DNA from: an uncultured Ruminococcus sp. | GTDB taxonomy: Bacteria; Bacillota; Clostridia; Oscillospirales; Ruminococcaceae | Direction of reading: 5' to 3' | Length of the DNA: 64,000 nucleotides | Assembly (NCBI GenBank): GCA_947627625.1 | Contig: CANQWR010000006.1 | Coordinates: forward strand, 11,571 to 75,570 | Part shown: positions 28,261-38,400 of the stretch, piece by piece | How positions within the stretch are numbered: the first letter of the stretch is position 1 | Layout: each line of letters opens with the position of its first letter | Notes under the pieces: generated by a model | Seen by the model: the letters and a program-made list of their open reading frames with translations, nothing else | What the model was told of the DNA's origin: nothing | Database searches by the model: none | Program-made: the position numbers and the translations under genes

Positions 28261-30972
28261 TTATTCGCTCTCAACAGGCAGGTCGCTTATAACTTTTGCA
28301 TCGAGTTTCTGAACAGCAAGAGCGTCCTCTGTGTTCACGCCGTCACCGACGTTACAGCAGTCTGCGTTTTTCTCAGCTTTTTCGCTAAGAGCGTATTCGT
28401 CGCTGTTTGCGAGATATTGCAGAATCGCAACGCTGTCGGCAATGGTAACATCGCCGTCGAGGTTTGCGTCACCGTAGAGAATGTCGGACGGAGTTTCGGA
28501 GGTAGTTTCCGAAGCAGTTGCGGTAGTGGTTTCGGCAGCGGAAGTTGTGGAGTTTTCGGAAGTCGGAGCTGTAGTCTCGGCGGGCTGAGTAGTCACGGGA
28601 GGCTTTTTGTCGGGTTCATCGGAAGAGATTTTTCCGTAGACTATTCCGCAGCCGACAGTTGACATATAGACCGTGCCGAAGTCGTCCATATCGCCCACAA
28701 GGAAGTTGCCGTTACCCGTACCGCCATAGAGGTGGTCGGTGTTTATGCAGTACCAAGTTTTACCGCCGTCTGTTGAACGGTAAATGCCCTCGGGGTCTGA
28801 CTCGGCGGGTTTACCGTAGATGTAGAGCGTATTGACACCGCCCTCTTTTTCGGGTGCACCATAGCCGACAGTCTTGCAGTAGAAAACGTCCGTCTTTTCG
28901 GCAGTCTTGCCCTTGTCGGTGATAATATAGAGACCGTTCCAGCCGACAGCGACGGCAACAGTGTCCTCGGTGACATAGGCGGGGTCGCCCGTGTGGTCGC
29001 ACATATCGTACTTGGCAAACTGATTTTCTGTGAAAGTTTTTCCGTAGTCGGTACTTATATAGAAGGAGTAGTGGCATTCGTCAAAAGTGGGTTCTTTCTT
29101 TGAGGTATCGGAAGCCCAGTAGTCATTGTACTTAATGCCCGAACCGTAAACTATAGAGGGGTCATTTGGGTCAACGAGAGTGTAAGTAGTTTTTGAGCCG
29201 TCGAGACCTGTTGAGTCGTTCCACGTTGCACCGAAGTCATCGGAGTATGAAATTTTTGAGTTTGCGGAGTCTGATTTCAGAATCCTGTAGTCGCCGTTTT
29301 CGAGCTGTGTGATTGAGACTTTACCGCCCGACTGAATATCCATCTTAGTCCAGGTTTTACCGCCGTCTGTGGAGTAGTAACCGTTTCCGTTGTCGCTGCC
29401 GTGTTCGGAAACTCTGACCATTACATCGGGGTTTGCGGGACAGTAGGCAATTGCGGAAGTTGAACCCATATTGGGCTGATACTGCAGCGGAATGCCGTCG
29501 GGGTCTGTGTGGACGAAACCGTCATAGTCGCCTATAGCGGAGAACTCCTCACCGCCGGGAACGCTCACCATGTCAAGGGCAACGACTTCCTCAACGCCGT
29601 CGGGTTGGAAGTAGAACTGAACGCCTTTTTCGTCCCAGACGTTGTCGCACGCAAATACACCGTTTCCCGAAGTCATGAGAATCCTGTCGGGGTTGCGGGG
29701 GTCGAGAGTTATACCGCTGCCCCAGTGGCAAGCTTTGCCGTAAACCCAGTCATAGCCGTTTATGTCAATGGGGAGGGAGACAAATTCCTTGTGGGAACCG
29801 TTTTCGTCATAGATGTCTGTACCTGCACCGGGGGTGATGTCCTGCCAAGTTGCACCGCCGTCTGCTGAGCGGTAGAAATGGTCTCCCCAGGCAATACTGC
29901 CGTCAGTCCACTCCTTTTCGTACCACTGGTCAGCCCACACACCGCAAGTCCTTGCGAGGAGTTTGTTGGGGTCTTTTTCGTCGACTTCAATCATACCTAT
30001 TGCCTGTTGTGTAGGGGAAATGTCCGTGACTTTTCCGTCTTTGGTGCTGTACTTGTAAGCACCGCCTGCACCTCCTGCAAACGCAAGACCTGCTATATAG
30101 GTAAAGAAAATATTTCCGTTTTTGTCGCTTGTTATGGAGAGGGGATAATTTTCAGTCGGTAAATCTTTGGAGAGGACTTCAAATTTGTCGTCCTTTACGT
30201 CGGCAACGTGAATATTTGCCTGACCTGTGACGGAAGTACCGACATATACTTTGCCGTCCTCAATGAAAATACAGCCTATGCCGTTCTGCTGGTTGTACTC
30301 TTTTCCCTCCGTACCACGAACCATATGGTCGGTCCATGCAGGGTATTTAAGAGACTCACCGAATAGACCGAGTTCGTCATAGCCCTCAACGGGATTCCAA
30401 GTTTCACCGCCGTCTGTGGACTTTATGAGTGCGGATTTACCTGCCGTAACGTCACCGCCCGCATAGATAGTATCGGGGTTGTCGGGGTCTACAGCGATAG
30501 GTTCTATGCACTCACGTCCGTCACCGTTGCCGTGAATCTGAATGTGTTCGGTGACATCAGCTTCCGTGAAAGTCTCACCGCCGTCAGTGGTTTTGAATAT
30601 GACAGTCCTTGCGTCGGAGAAGTAAGCACAGCCACAGAGGAAATAAGCGGTGTTGTCGTCGGTTGGGTCTATAGCTATGCCCTTGACACTGAGCAGACCT
30701 CTGTCGGCATCGGTCACGAAGTCGAAGAGCTGAACCCACTCTTTTTTGTCGTAGTCGTACTTGTAAGCACCACCCACGTCTGTGCGGAGGTACATTTCTT
30801 TTTGCCCGGTGATAATTCCCGAGACAAAACCGCCGCCGCCGATTTTGAGGGTATCCCAGACCATTGAGTCCGAAACATCGCCGTCGGAGGCAAATGAGAC
30901 GTTCTGAACGGCAGGAGCTGTACAGAGACAGAGAGCCATTACAGCGGAGACAGTTCTCTTGAATAATTTCAT
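28261..30972 (-). CDS. GH74 xyloglucanase with dockerin
   Basis: IGGGGFVSGI, YLRTDVGGAY, SAIGDYDGF, BNR repeats (STDGGKTW), C-terminal dockerin. Confidence 0.92.
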   Translation of the reverse strand: MKLFKRTVSAVMALCLCTAPAVQNVSFASDGDVSDSMVWDTLKIGGGGFVSGIITGQKEMYLRTDVGGAYKYDYDKKEWVQLFDFVTDADRGLLSVKGIAIDPTDDNTAYFLCGCAYFSDARTVIFKTTDGGETFTEADVTEHIQIHGNGDGRECIEPIAVDPDNPDTIYAGGDVTAGKSALIKSTDGGETWNPVEGYDELGLFGESLKYPAWTDHMVRGTEGKEYNQQNGIGCIFIEDGKVYVGTSVTGQANIHVADVKDDKFEVLSKDLPTENYPLSITSDKNGNIFFTYIAGLAFAGGAGGAYKYSTKDGKVTDISPTQQAIGMIEVDEKDPNKLLARTCGVWADQWYEKEWTDGSIAWGDHFYRSADGGATWQDITPGAGTDIYDENGSHKEFVSLPIDINGYDWVYGKACHWGSGITLDPRNPDRILMTSGNGVFACDNVWDEKGVQFYFQPDGVEEVVALDMVSVPGGEEFSAIGDYDGFVHTDPDGIPLQYQPNMGSTSAIAYCPANPDVMVRVSEHGSDNGNGYYSTDGGKTWTKMDIQSGGKVSITQLENGDYRILKSDSANSKISYSDDFGATWNDSTGLDGSKTTYTLVDPNDPSIVYGSGIKYNDYWASDTSKKEPTFDECHYSFYISTDYGKTFTENQFAKYDMCDHTGDPAYVTEDTVAVAVGWNGLYIITDKGKTAEKTDVFYCKTVGYGAPEKEGGVNTLYIYGKPAESDPEGIYRSTDGGKTWYCINTDHLYGGTGNGNFLVGDMDDFGTVYMSTVGCGIVYGKISSDEPDKKPPVTTQPAETTAPTSENSTTSAAETTTATASETTSETPSDILYGDANLDGDVTIADSVAILQYLANSDEYALSEKAEKNADCCNVGDGVNTEDALAVQKLDAKVISDLPVESE

Positions 30973-31086
30973 TTTTATCACTCCCAAGGTAAGAATATTA
31001 TGATATAATTTTATCATCTGATAAAGATTTTGTCAAGAATTTTTTTGGTGAACGATTATTACGGAGGGTTTACTCCCGAACACTAA

Positions 31087-31278
31087 AAAATTAAAGTAGT
31101 GAACTATCATGGGGGTCCGGGGGTTTTTAACCCCCGGCGGGGTCAAGGGGCAGAGCCCCTTGTGGGGGTTCAGGGGGCAAAGCCCCCTGCCTCTAATCGT
31201 TCTAATGGGGGTTCAGGGGGCAAAGCCCCCTGCCTCTTATAATTCTAACAGGGGGTTTGGGGGGCGTAGCCCCCCAAC
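31087..31278 (+). repeat. GC-rich palindromic repeat, copy 8
   Basis: Duplicated GGGGTTCAGGGGGCAAAGCCCCCTGCC module. Confidence 0.85.
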
Positions 31279-31302
31279 ACTAAAGCTGTAAGGCATTATA
31301 AA

Positions 31303-32103
31303 TTAAAGCTGCATAAACAGAGAAAGATTATAAGTACCGCCTGTCGAGAGATAGGCGTAATAGCTGAGAATTTTTGATGCGTCCGATGCGTCTGTCAGAC
31401 CGTCGCCGTTTACGTCACACGCATTAAACTGTTTTTCGGGGAGATTGGGGGACTGTCCCGTTGAAAGCATAGCGTACACTCCGAGTATAAAAGAAGCGTC
31501 GGAAGCGTCGGTGTTTCCGTCGCCGTTCACGTCACCGTCAGAAAAATCGGGGGACTGTTCAATTTCGGGGATGTACTCTCCGTCGGTGGGGGAAGTGTTG
31601 CCCGTGAAAATCTGACACCAGTAATAATAGCCGTTTTTTTCGCAGACACCAACGCCGATGTGGTCGTAACTGCTACTGAGCATATTTTCCCTGTGCCCCT
31701 GAGACGTGAGCCACTGTTTGACAGCGTTTTCGGGGTCATTACTTGCGTTATAGGCTATATTTTCGGCGTAAGACGTAAACGACAGCCCCGAGCCGTCAAA
31801 GATAGTAATAAGCGGACTGCCGTCGGGGCGTTCGTGAGTGAATGCGTTTGAACACTCCACAGCCCTTGCCTGTGCCACGAGGTAGAGAGTGGGGAGAGCT
31901 TTCAGGGGTGGTACTCCGACAGATTCACGCTCTTTGTTTACGATTGTAACTACGCTGTCGGCAATATTTTTTATTTCGCCGCTGTCCATTGCAAGGGAGT
32001 TAATCTGAACGGAAGAAATTTTTCCGTCGGGGAAATTCGTACAAATCGGACAGACTGTCAGGACAGCCGACAGAATTGCCGAGAGAAATTTGAATGGTTT
32101 CAC
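31303..32103 (-). CDS. CAP/SCP-domain protein with a dockerin of a second type
   Basis: VNKER, FTHERPDG, AENIA, WLTSQGHRENM; symmetric DVNGDG-x-TDASDAS dockerin repeats. Confidence 0.9.
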   Translation of the reverse strand: MKPFKFLSAILSAVLTVCPICTNFPDGKISSVQINSLAMDSGEIKNIADSVVTIVNKERESVGVPPLKALPTLYLVAQARAVECSNAFTHERPDGSPLITIFDGSGLSFTSYAENIAYNASNDPENAVKQWLTSQGHRENMLSSSYDHIGVGVCEKNGYYYWCQIFTGNTSPTDGEYIPEIEQSPDFSDGDVNGDGNTDASDASFILGVYAMLSTGQSPNLPEKQFNACDVNGDGLTDASDASKILSYYAYLSTGGTYNLSLFMQL

Positions 32104-32351
32104 TAAAAATCACCTCCCGAATTATATTATTATATTTTAATTATACATTGAAATTACACAAAAGTCAACATAAAATCCGCATCAGGCAGTATTTTTTTGT
32201 AGCATTTTTATGTGGATTTGTCAAAAAATAAGTAAGTCTATGCTAACTAAAAAACTGTTTCCACAGTGCAACAAATGTAAAATATAGTGAACAGTCGGGT
32301 TATAATAGTAATTACAACTTAGACGGATAATTAAACAGGGGAGGTGTTTAT

Positions 32352-32813
32352 TTGGAGAAAAAGAGAGTAGACATATATTCGGACGGAGCGTGTTCGGGGA
32401 ATCCGGGTGCGGGAGGATACGGAGTTATACTGAGATACAAGGGAAAAGAGCGTGAGATTTCGGGAGGAAGTCCCGAGACCACGAACAACCGCATGGAACT
32501 GACGGCAGTAATAGAGGGACTTTCCGCACTAAAAGAGCCGTGCAGAGTGATGTTGACAACGGACAGCAGATATGTTGTTGACAGCGTGAACAAGGGCTGG
32601 CTGTACAGTTGGAAGAAGAACAACTGGATAAAGTCGAATAGCAAGCCCGTTCTGAATGTAGATTTGTGGGAGAGACTGATACCGTTGCTTGAAGTACACG
32701 ACGTGACGTTTATATGGGTCAGGGGACACGACGGACACCCCGAGAACGAGAGGTGTGACAGGCTTGCGGTCGCACAGAGGGACAAATATTCGGAGTTAAA
32801 AAATAAAGGGTGA
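32352..32813 (+). CDS. rnhA: Ribonuclease HI
   Basis: DGACSGNPG, TTNNRMEL, TDSRYV, WVRGH and NERCD motifs. Confidence 0.97.
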   Translation: MEKKRVDIYSDGACSGNPGAGGYGVILRYKGKEREISGGSPETTNNRMELTAVIEGLSALKEPCRVMLTTDSRYVVDSVNKGWLYSWKKNNWIKSNSKPVLNVDLWERLIPLLEVHDVTFIWVRGHDGHPENERCDRLAVAQRDKYSELKNKG

Positions 32814-32819
32814 ACAACA

Positions 32820-33232
32820 AGGGGGACAGTTGTCTCCTGAACCCCAATTTGGAGATTTAATATTTTTATTAGAAATTTCTTTGACTTGCAGACTGTCGGG
32901 GACTGTGCAAGTTTTAATCAGAACGATAAGGGGCAGGGGCTTTGCCCAAAAAATAATTTTCTTAAAATTATATTTTTTAGAAATTTAATATTTAATTAGA
33001 ACGATTAGGGGCAGGGGGCTTTGCCCCCTGAACCCCCATTGGGGGCTCTGCCCCCAAACCCCCGTCGGGGGGAAGCATCCCCCCGAACCCCCCATGATGG
33101 AAACTCAAACAGTTTCGTTGACACCTGAATAGTCGCAAAACTAAAAATAATTATGGGTTTCCAAAGGGGCTTTGCCCCTTTGGCAGGGGGTCTGGGGGAC
33201 AGTGTCCCCCAGTCCAAAGCCGTAAGGCAATA
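32820..33232 (-). repeat. GC-rich palindromic repeat, copy 9
   Basis: Inverted core and AT-hairpin modules. Confidence 0.85.
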
Positions 33233-33252
33233 TAAAACAGGAGGTCTTTACT

Positions 33253-34446
33253 TTGGAAAACAAGAGATTTATTTACGCAGACAATTCCGCTACGACAAGA
33301 GTTTCAGACGAGGTTCTTGAGGCAATGCTCCCATATTTAAGGGAAAATTACGGCAACCCGTCAAGTATATACAAGCTTGGACGTGATGCACAGAGGGACG
33401 TTGAAAATGCGAGAGAAAAAGTTGCAAGGGCGTTGGGTGCAGACCCTAACGAAATATATTTTACAAGTTGCGGTTCGGAGTCGGATAACTGGGCAATAAA
33501 GGGTACGGCGGAGAGACTTGCAAAAAAGGGCAAAAAGCACATAATAACTTCCGTCTTTGAACACCACGCAATTCTGCACACTACCGAATATCTGAAAAGA
33601 CAGGGTTTTGAGGTGACATATATTCCCGTCAGTGAAAAAGGGCTTATAGACCCCGAGGACGTAAAAAACGCAATCCGTGACGACACAGCTATTGTGAGTA
33701 TCATGTACGCAAACAACGAGATAGGCACAATTCAGCCTATTGACGAAATCGCTAAAATATGCAACGAGAAGGGAGTAATTTTCCACACGGACGCAGTACA
33801 GGCAGTCGGACACGTTGAAATAGACGTTCATAAGCAGGGTATAGATATGTTGTCGCTTTCGGGACACAAAATCCACGCACAAAAAGGTGTGGGAGCGTTG
33901 TACGTCAGAAAGGGAATAGCCTTGCCGAATTTCATTCACGGCGGAGCACAGGAGAGAAATAAAAGAGCGGGTACGGAGAATGTCCCCGCAATAGTGGGAC
34001 TGGGAGTTGCTATAGAGTCGGCAGTAAAAAATATAGCTGAGAAGAACGCAATTATAACTCCACGCAGGAACAGGCTTATAGACGGCATTTTGAAATTGCC
34101 GTATACACGTCTGAACGGAGACAGGGAGAAGAGACTTGCGGGAAATGTGAACATTTCAATAGAGGGCATAGAGGGCGAGAGTTTGCTTTTAATGCTTGAT
34201 ATGTACGGAATATGTGCATCATCGGGTTCAGCCTGCACATCGGGTTCGCTTGACCCGTCGCACGTTCTTTTGTCCATTGGACTTAAGCACGAAGTGGCAC
34301 ACGGTTCTCTGAGACTTTCGATAGACGAGACTGTCACTGACGAAGATGTTGACTACATTCTTGAAGTCATTCCGAAAGTAGTCGAGAGACTGCGTTCGAT
34401 GTCGCCTGTGTGGGAAAAAATGATGAAAGGCGAGAGTTATGAGTAA
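33253..34446 (+). CDS. nifS: Cysteine desulfurase NifS/IscS
   Basis: DNSATT, GNPSS, HTDAVQ, SGHK (PLP lysine) and SSGSACTS. Confidence 0.96.
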   Translation: MENKRFIYADNSATTRVSDEVLEAMLPYLRENYGNPSSIYKLGRDAQRDVENAREKVARALGADPNEIYFTSCGSESDNWAIKGTAERLAKKGKKHIITSVFEHHAILHTTEYLKRQGFEVTYIPVSEKGLIDPEDVKNAIRDDTAIVSIMYANNEIGTIQPIDEIAKICNEKGVIFHTDAVQAVGHVEIDVHKQGIDMLSLSGHKIHAQKGVGALYVRKGIALPNFIHGGAQERNKRAGTENVPAIVGLGVAIESAVKNIAEKNAIITPRRNRLIDGILKLPYTRLNGDREKRLAGNVNISIEGIEGESLLLMLDMYGICASSGSACTSGSLDPSHVLLSIGLKHEVAHGSLRLSIDETVTDEDVDYILEVIPKVVERLRSMSPVWEKMMKGESYE

Positions 34447-35152
34447 TAATAATTATAATAATAAAAAACCCTGTATGAAAATCAAACTGACAGACACAAA
34501 GCCGTCAATTTTTGAGAGCAAAATAGGCGGTCCGGGGTACATTCCGCATGACGGGAGTTTCCCTGTGGACAGTCAGGGCAGACAGCTCAGACTTCTTGCA
34601 CAGATAGAGTGCGGCAAGATTCAGCTTGACGGCTTTATGAAAACAGGTCTCTTGCAGTTCTGGGTTCTCAATGACGATATGACAGGGATTGATTTCGATG
34701 ATCCCACAAAACAGGACGGTTTCAGGGTGATTTATCACTCCGAAATAGACAGGACTGTCACAGAAGAAGAAATTAAAAGCAAATTTGTAAAAAATGAGTT
34801 TGATGATGAAGAATACCTTATGCCTGTATACCGTGAATGCGGTATGGCTTTCGAGAAGTCCGAAAACGTGTATTTTGACTATGATGCGGATTATGAGGAG
34901 TACAACGAAAAATACGATACACTCACAGGACACAAAGTCGGCGGTTATCCGTATTTCACGCAGTCTGATCCCCGTGACGAAAAACAGCTTGAATATTATG
35001 ACTTCCTGCTGTTTCAGCTCGACACCGATTCCGTAAACGGCGAAGAGACTGTGATGTTGGGAGATTCGGGTATAGGGAACTTCTTTATAAACAGTGAAAA
35101 ATTGAAAAAGCAAGATTTCAGCGATGTCCTGTACAACTGGGACTGCTGTTGA
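34439..35152 (+). CDS. YwqG/DUF1963 family protein
   Basis: [47 protein letters not shown]. Confidence 0.88.
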   Translation: MSNNNYNNKKPCMKIKLTDTKPSIFESKIGGPGYIPHDGSFPVDSQGRQLRLLAQIECGKIQLDGFMKTGLLQFWVLNDDMTGIDFDDPTKQDGFRVIYHSEIDRTVTEEEIKSKFVKNEFDDEEYLMPVYRECGMAFEKSENVYFDYDADYEEYNEKYDTLTGHKVGGYPYFTQSDPRDEKQLEYYDFLLFQLDTDSVNGEETVMLGDSGIGNFFINSEKLKKQDFSDVLYNWDCC

Positions 35153-35179
35153 ATATTGACAAAAAGGAGATAGATTATT

Positions 35180-35602
35180 ATGCTTTACAGCGAAAAAGTT
35201 ATGGACCACTTTTCCAATCCGAGGAATGTCGGAGAGATCGAGGACGCTGACGGTGTCGGCGAGATAGGCAACGCAAAGTGCGGGGACATTATGAAAATGT
35301 ACCTGAAAATAGACCCTGAGACTAAAGTCATAACGGATGCAAAATTCAAGACTTTCGGGTGTGGTGCGGCAGTAGCTACTTCCTCAATGGCTACGGAACT
35401 GATAAAGGGCAGGTCTATAGACGACGCACTGAAACTCACGAATGATGCGGTGGTGGAGGCACTTGACGGCTTGCCTGCCGTGAAAATACACTGTTCGGTG
35501 CTTGCGGAGCAGGCGGTGCGTTCGGCACTGTCGGACTACTACACAAGGCAGGGCATAGACCCGCTGCCGATAGTCGGGGAGATAAAAGAGCCTGAGGAAT
35601 AA
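35180..35602 (+). CDS. nifU: Fe-S scaffold protein NifU/IscU
   Basis: YSEKVMDHF-x-NPRN, CGDIM, FGCG, KIHCS. Confidence 0.96.
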   Translation: MLYSEKVMDHFSNPRNVGEIEDADGVGEIGNAKCGDIMKMYLKIDPETKVITDAKFKTFGCGAAVATSSMATELIKGRSIDDALKLTNDAVVEALDGLPAVKIHCSVLAEQAVRSALSDYYTRQGIDPLPIVGEIKEPEE

Positions 35603-35683
35603 TATAATTATATAAATATATGAATATATAAAAAAGCTGTGCAGGGAATGGCACAGCTTTTTGAATTTTTTATGTGGATGGTT

Positions 35684-36022
35684 AATCATGGGGGGTTCGG
35701 GGGGATTCTTCCCCCCGACGGGGGTTTGGGGGCAGAGCCCCCAATGGGGGTTCAGGGGGCAAAGCCCCCTGCCCCTTATCGTTCTAATTAAAATTTGCAC
35801 AGTTCCCAACAGCTTACAAATCAAAGAAATTTCCAAAAAAATATAATTTTAAGAAAATTATTTTTTGGGCGGAAGCCCCCAACAGCTTCCCCAAAGGGGA
35901 ATCGGGGGTTGCACCCCCCGAACCCCTGCTTGGAAGTCACTGGGGGCGTTGCCCCCAGACCCCCACTGGGGACTCCGTCCCCAGACCCCTGCAAGGGGGT
36001 TAAAACCCCCCTTGACCCCCGT
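35684..36022 (+). repeat. GC-rich palindromic repeat, copy 10
   Basis: Core, AT-hairpin and further GC hairpins. Confidence 0.85.
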
Positions 36023-36079
36023 TTTGTTCTATCGAAATTATTTTTCAGTTTCGGAAAAAACTTCCCAAAAAATTTTTAT

Positions 36080-37951
36080 TTATTCAACCGAAGATATGGG
36101 GAGATTTTCGATAACCTTTGCGTCAAGTTTCTGGATAGCAAGAGCGTCGTCGGTGTTTATGCCGTCACCAACGTTACAGCAATCCGCACAAGCCTTTGCG
36201 TATTCGGAGAGGTCATATTCGTCACTGTTTGCAAGGTACTGGAGTACAGCGACTGCATCGGCGATAGTGACTTCACCGTCGGTGTTTGCGTCACCGTAGA
36301 GAATATCGATTTCTGTTGATGTAACTGTAGTAGTAGTTTCCTCTGTAGTTTCCGTTGACGTATCTGCTGTAGTGGTTTCCCCTGTTGTTTCTGTGGTGGA
36401 CTCTTCTGTAGTTTCTGTAGTAGTCTCCGTTGTGGTTTCTGTGGTAGTCTCTGTAGTTGTCTCAGTGGTGGTAGTTTCGGTATCTGTTCCGCCCGAAGGG
36501 ATTTTTCCGTTTGCAACGTCTATTTCGGACTGGTAGACTTCAACGCCTTCACCGATAGTGTCAACAACCTGACCTGTTTGGAATATTGAGAAAAGACCCG
36601 CTGCCGCACCGACAAGACCTGCCTGATAGTCAAGAGCTACCTCGTTGGAAGTTGCATCTTTTGCGTTATTTTTCTGGAAAGTGCCGAAGTCATTGTTTCC
36701 CGGACCTCCGCAGAGTGCACCGTAGAGAATACGGCTGTCGGGAATGTCGTCATAGTTACCGCTCCAGTTGTTGTACTTGCTCCAAGTGTTGTCGTCATTC
36801 AGATTTGAAGCACTCCTGTGGTGGGGAGAGTGTGCGGCAACGTCATTGTAGCCGACAACAAGGCAGACGTTTGCGTTGTTCTCACCGAGAATCATGTTCA
36901 TCTGACTTTTGCACCACTCCGAGAAGTCCGCACCCGATTCGTCCTTGTGTTTTGTAGCGACGAGGGCACAGGTCTGCATGAGAGTGTTGTGTCTTGCACT
37001 TCCCCAGGAGTTAGCTATATAAAATTCATTCGGGTTGCCTGTTTTGGACTGAATATAGCTTACGGGTGCAGACCAGTTTCCCGTAATTTCGGCGTTTATT
37101 ATAGCTGCACCGAGCCATACACCGCCATAGTAGTAATCATTCATCCAGTCGTTAGTATTACTTGTGTCCTTGTTGTTAGCGTCAAGATAGGGCTGTTCAC
37201 CCGTTGCAAGGTAGAGCCAGCCGCCTGCCCAAGCAATATCGTCCTCAACGCTCTTGTCGGAGTAAGTGGACTGGTCATAAGTCATAGTGCGGTATTTTGA
37301 AGCGAAGTCAAAGAGAGCCTTTGCGTATTTCAAGTCCTCCTCATTGCCGAAGTTTATGTAACTCTGTGCGAGTGCAGCGGCGTACTGTGCAGCGACATCG
37401 CTTGCACCGTTTGTTGTGGAGTAGGTCTCATCAGCACCGTGGTCCCACATAAGTTCGGCGTTCTGCCATGTAGAGTGGTCTCTGCCGTCGTCGCCTATTT
37501 CGTAGACAAAATTTGTGACTTCTCCGCTGTCGCTGAGAGTTGTACTGTTTCTGAAAAATTCTGCAAAGTGGTCTGAAATATCCTTGAAATGAGCATCCGT
37601 ACCTGTTTTCTTGAAGTCGTCAGCGTATTCGTAGTACATCCAGCCGAGAGTGGAAGCGGTGAAACCCTCTGTGAGACCGCAGATAATGTGGTCGCCTGCA
37701 TCGTGGAAACCGCCCTGCACGACACTACCGCTGTGGCAGTCATCACGCCAGTCGAAGTGTGACTTCTCACCCGCATCGGGTCCGCAGTAGTTTGCGTCAA
37801 AGAAGTAGAGCGAATACTGGAGAAGTTTTGCGTAGTTGTCGGTTTCGAGGTCAGCGGCACTTACGGTTGCGGGAGCGATTGCCCCTGCCAGAGATGAGAC
37901 AGTCATCATTGCGGAAGCCATAAGAGCCGTGAGTTTTGATTTTTTGGACAT
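36080..37951 (-). CDS. GH9 endoglucanase with dockerin
   Basis: GGFHDAGDH, HSPHHRS, GALCGGP, NEVALDY; Thr linker; dockerin. Confidence 0.93.
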   Translation of the reverse strand: MSKKSKLTALMASAMMTVSSLAGAIAPATVSAADLETDNYAKLLQYSLYFFDANYCGPDAGEKSHFDWRDDCHSGSVVQGGFHDAGDHIICGLTEGFTASTLGWMYYEYADDFKKTGTDAHFKDISDHFAEFFRNSTTLSDSGEVTNFVYEIGDDGRDHSTWQNAELMWDHGADETYSTTNGASDVAAQYAAALAQSYINFGNEEDLKYAKALFDFASKYRTMTYDQSTYSDKSVEDDIAWAGGWLYLATGEQPYLDANNKDTSNTNDWMNDYYYGGVWLGAAIINAEITGNWSAPVSYIQSKTGNPNEFYIANSWGSARHNTLMQTCALVATKHKDESGADFSEWCKSQMNMILGENNANVCLVVGYNDVAAHSPHHRSASNLNDDNTWSKYNNWSGNYDDIPDSRILYGALCGGPGNNDFGTFQKNNAKDATSNEVALDYQAGLVGAAAGLFSIFQTGQVVDTIGEGVEVYQSEIDVANGKIPSGGTDTETTTTETTTETTTETTTETTTETTEESTTETTGETTTADTSTETTEETTTTVTSTEIDILYGDANTDGEVTIADAVAVLQYLANSDEYDLSEYAKACADCCNVGDGINTDDALAIQKLDAKVIENLPISSVE

Positions 37952-38115
37952 AAATACCAATCCTTTCGAAAGTGATTTTTTCATGAGCGTATAGATATTG
38001 CATTTACAGTTTAGCACATATTATACAATTTGTCAAGAGTTTGCGTATAATTTTTGTCCAAATTCGGTGGGCTATGTAAGACAGGGGGACGTTGTCTTGT
38101 ATGGGTTTGTTTCCT

Positions 38116-38295
38116 ATGTGGGAATAATCATGGGGGGTTCGGGGGGATTCTTCCCCCCGACGGGGGTCTGGGGGCAGAGCCCCCAGTGGGGGTTCAGGGG
38201 GCAAAGCCCCCTGCCCCTTATCGTTCTAACGGAGGTTTGGGGTCTGTTTCTTGTGCGGGAATAATCATGGGGGGGTGGGGGCGTAGCCCCCCAAT
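38116..38295 (+). repeat. GC-rich palindromic repeat, copy 11
   Basis: Core module. Confidence 0.85.
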
Positions 38296-38400
38296 ACTCC
38301 CGACAATTCCAAAATAATATAAATTATTTTCTTGACGAACAGACAAAAAGGTGATATAATATAAAAAATTTATAAAAGCAAAGAGATTGGAGATAATGAT

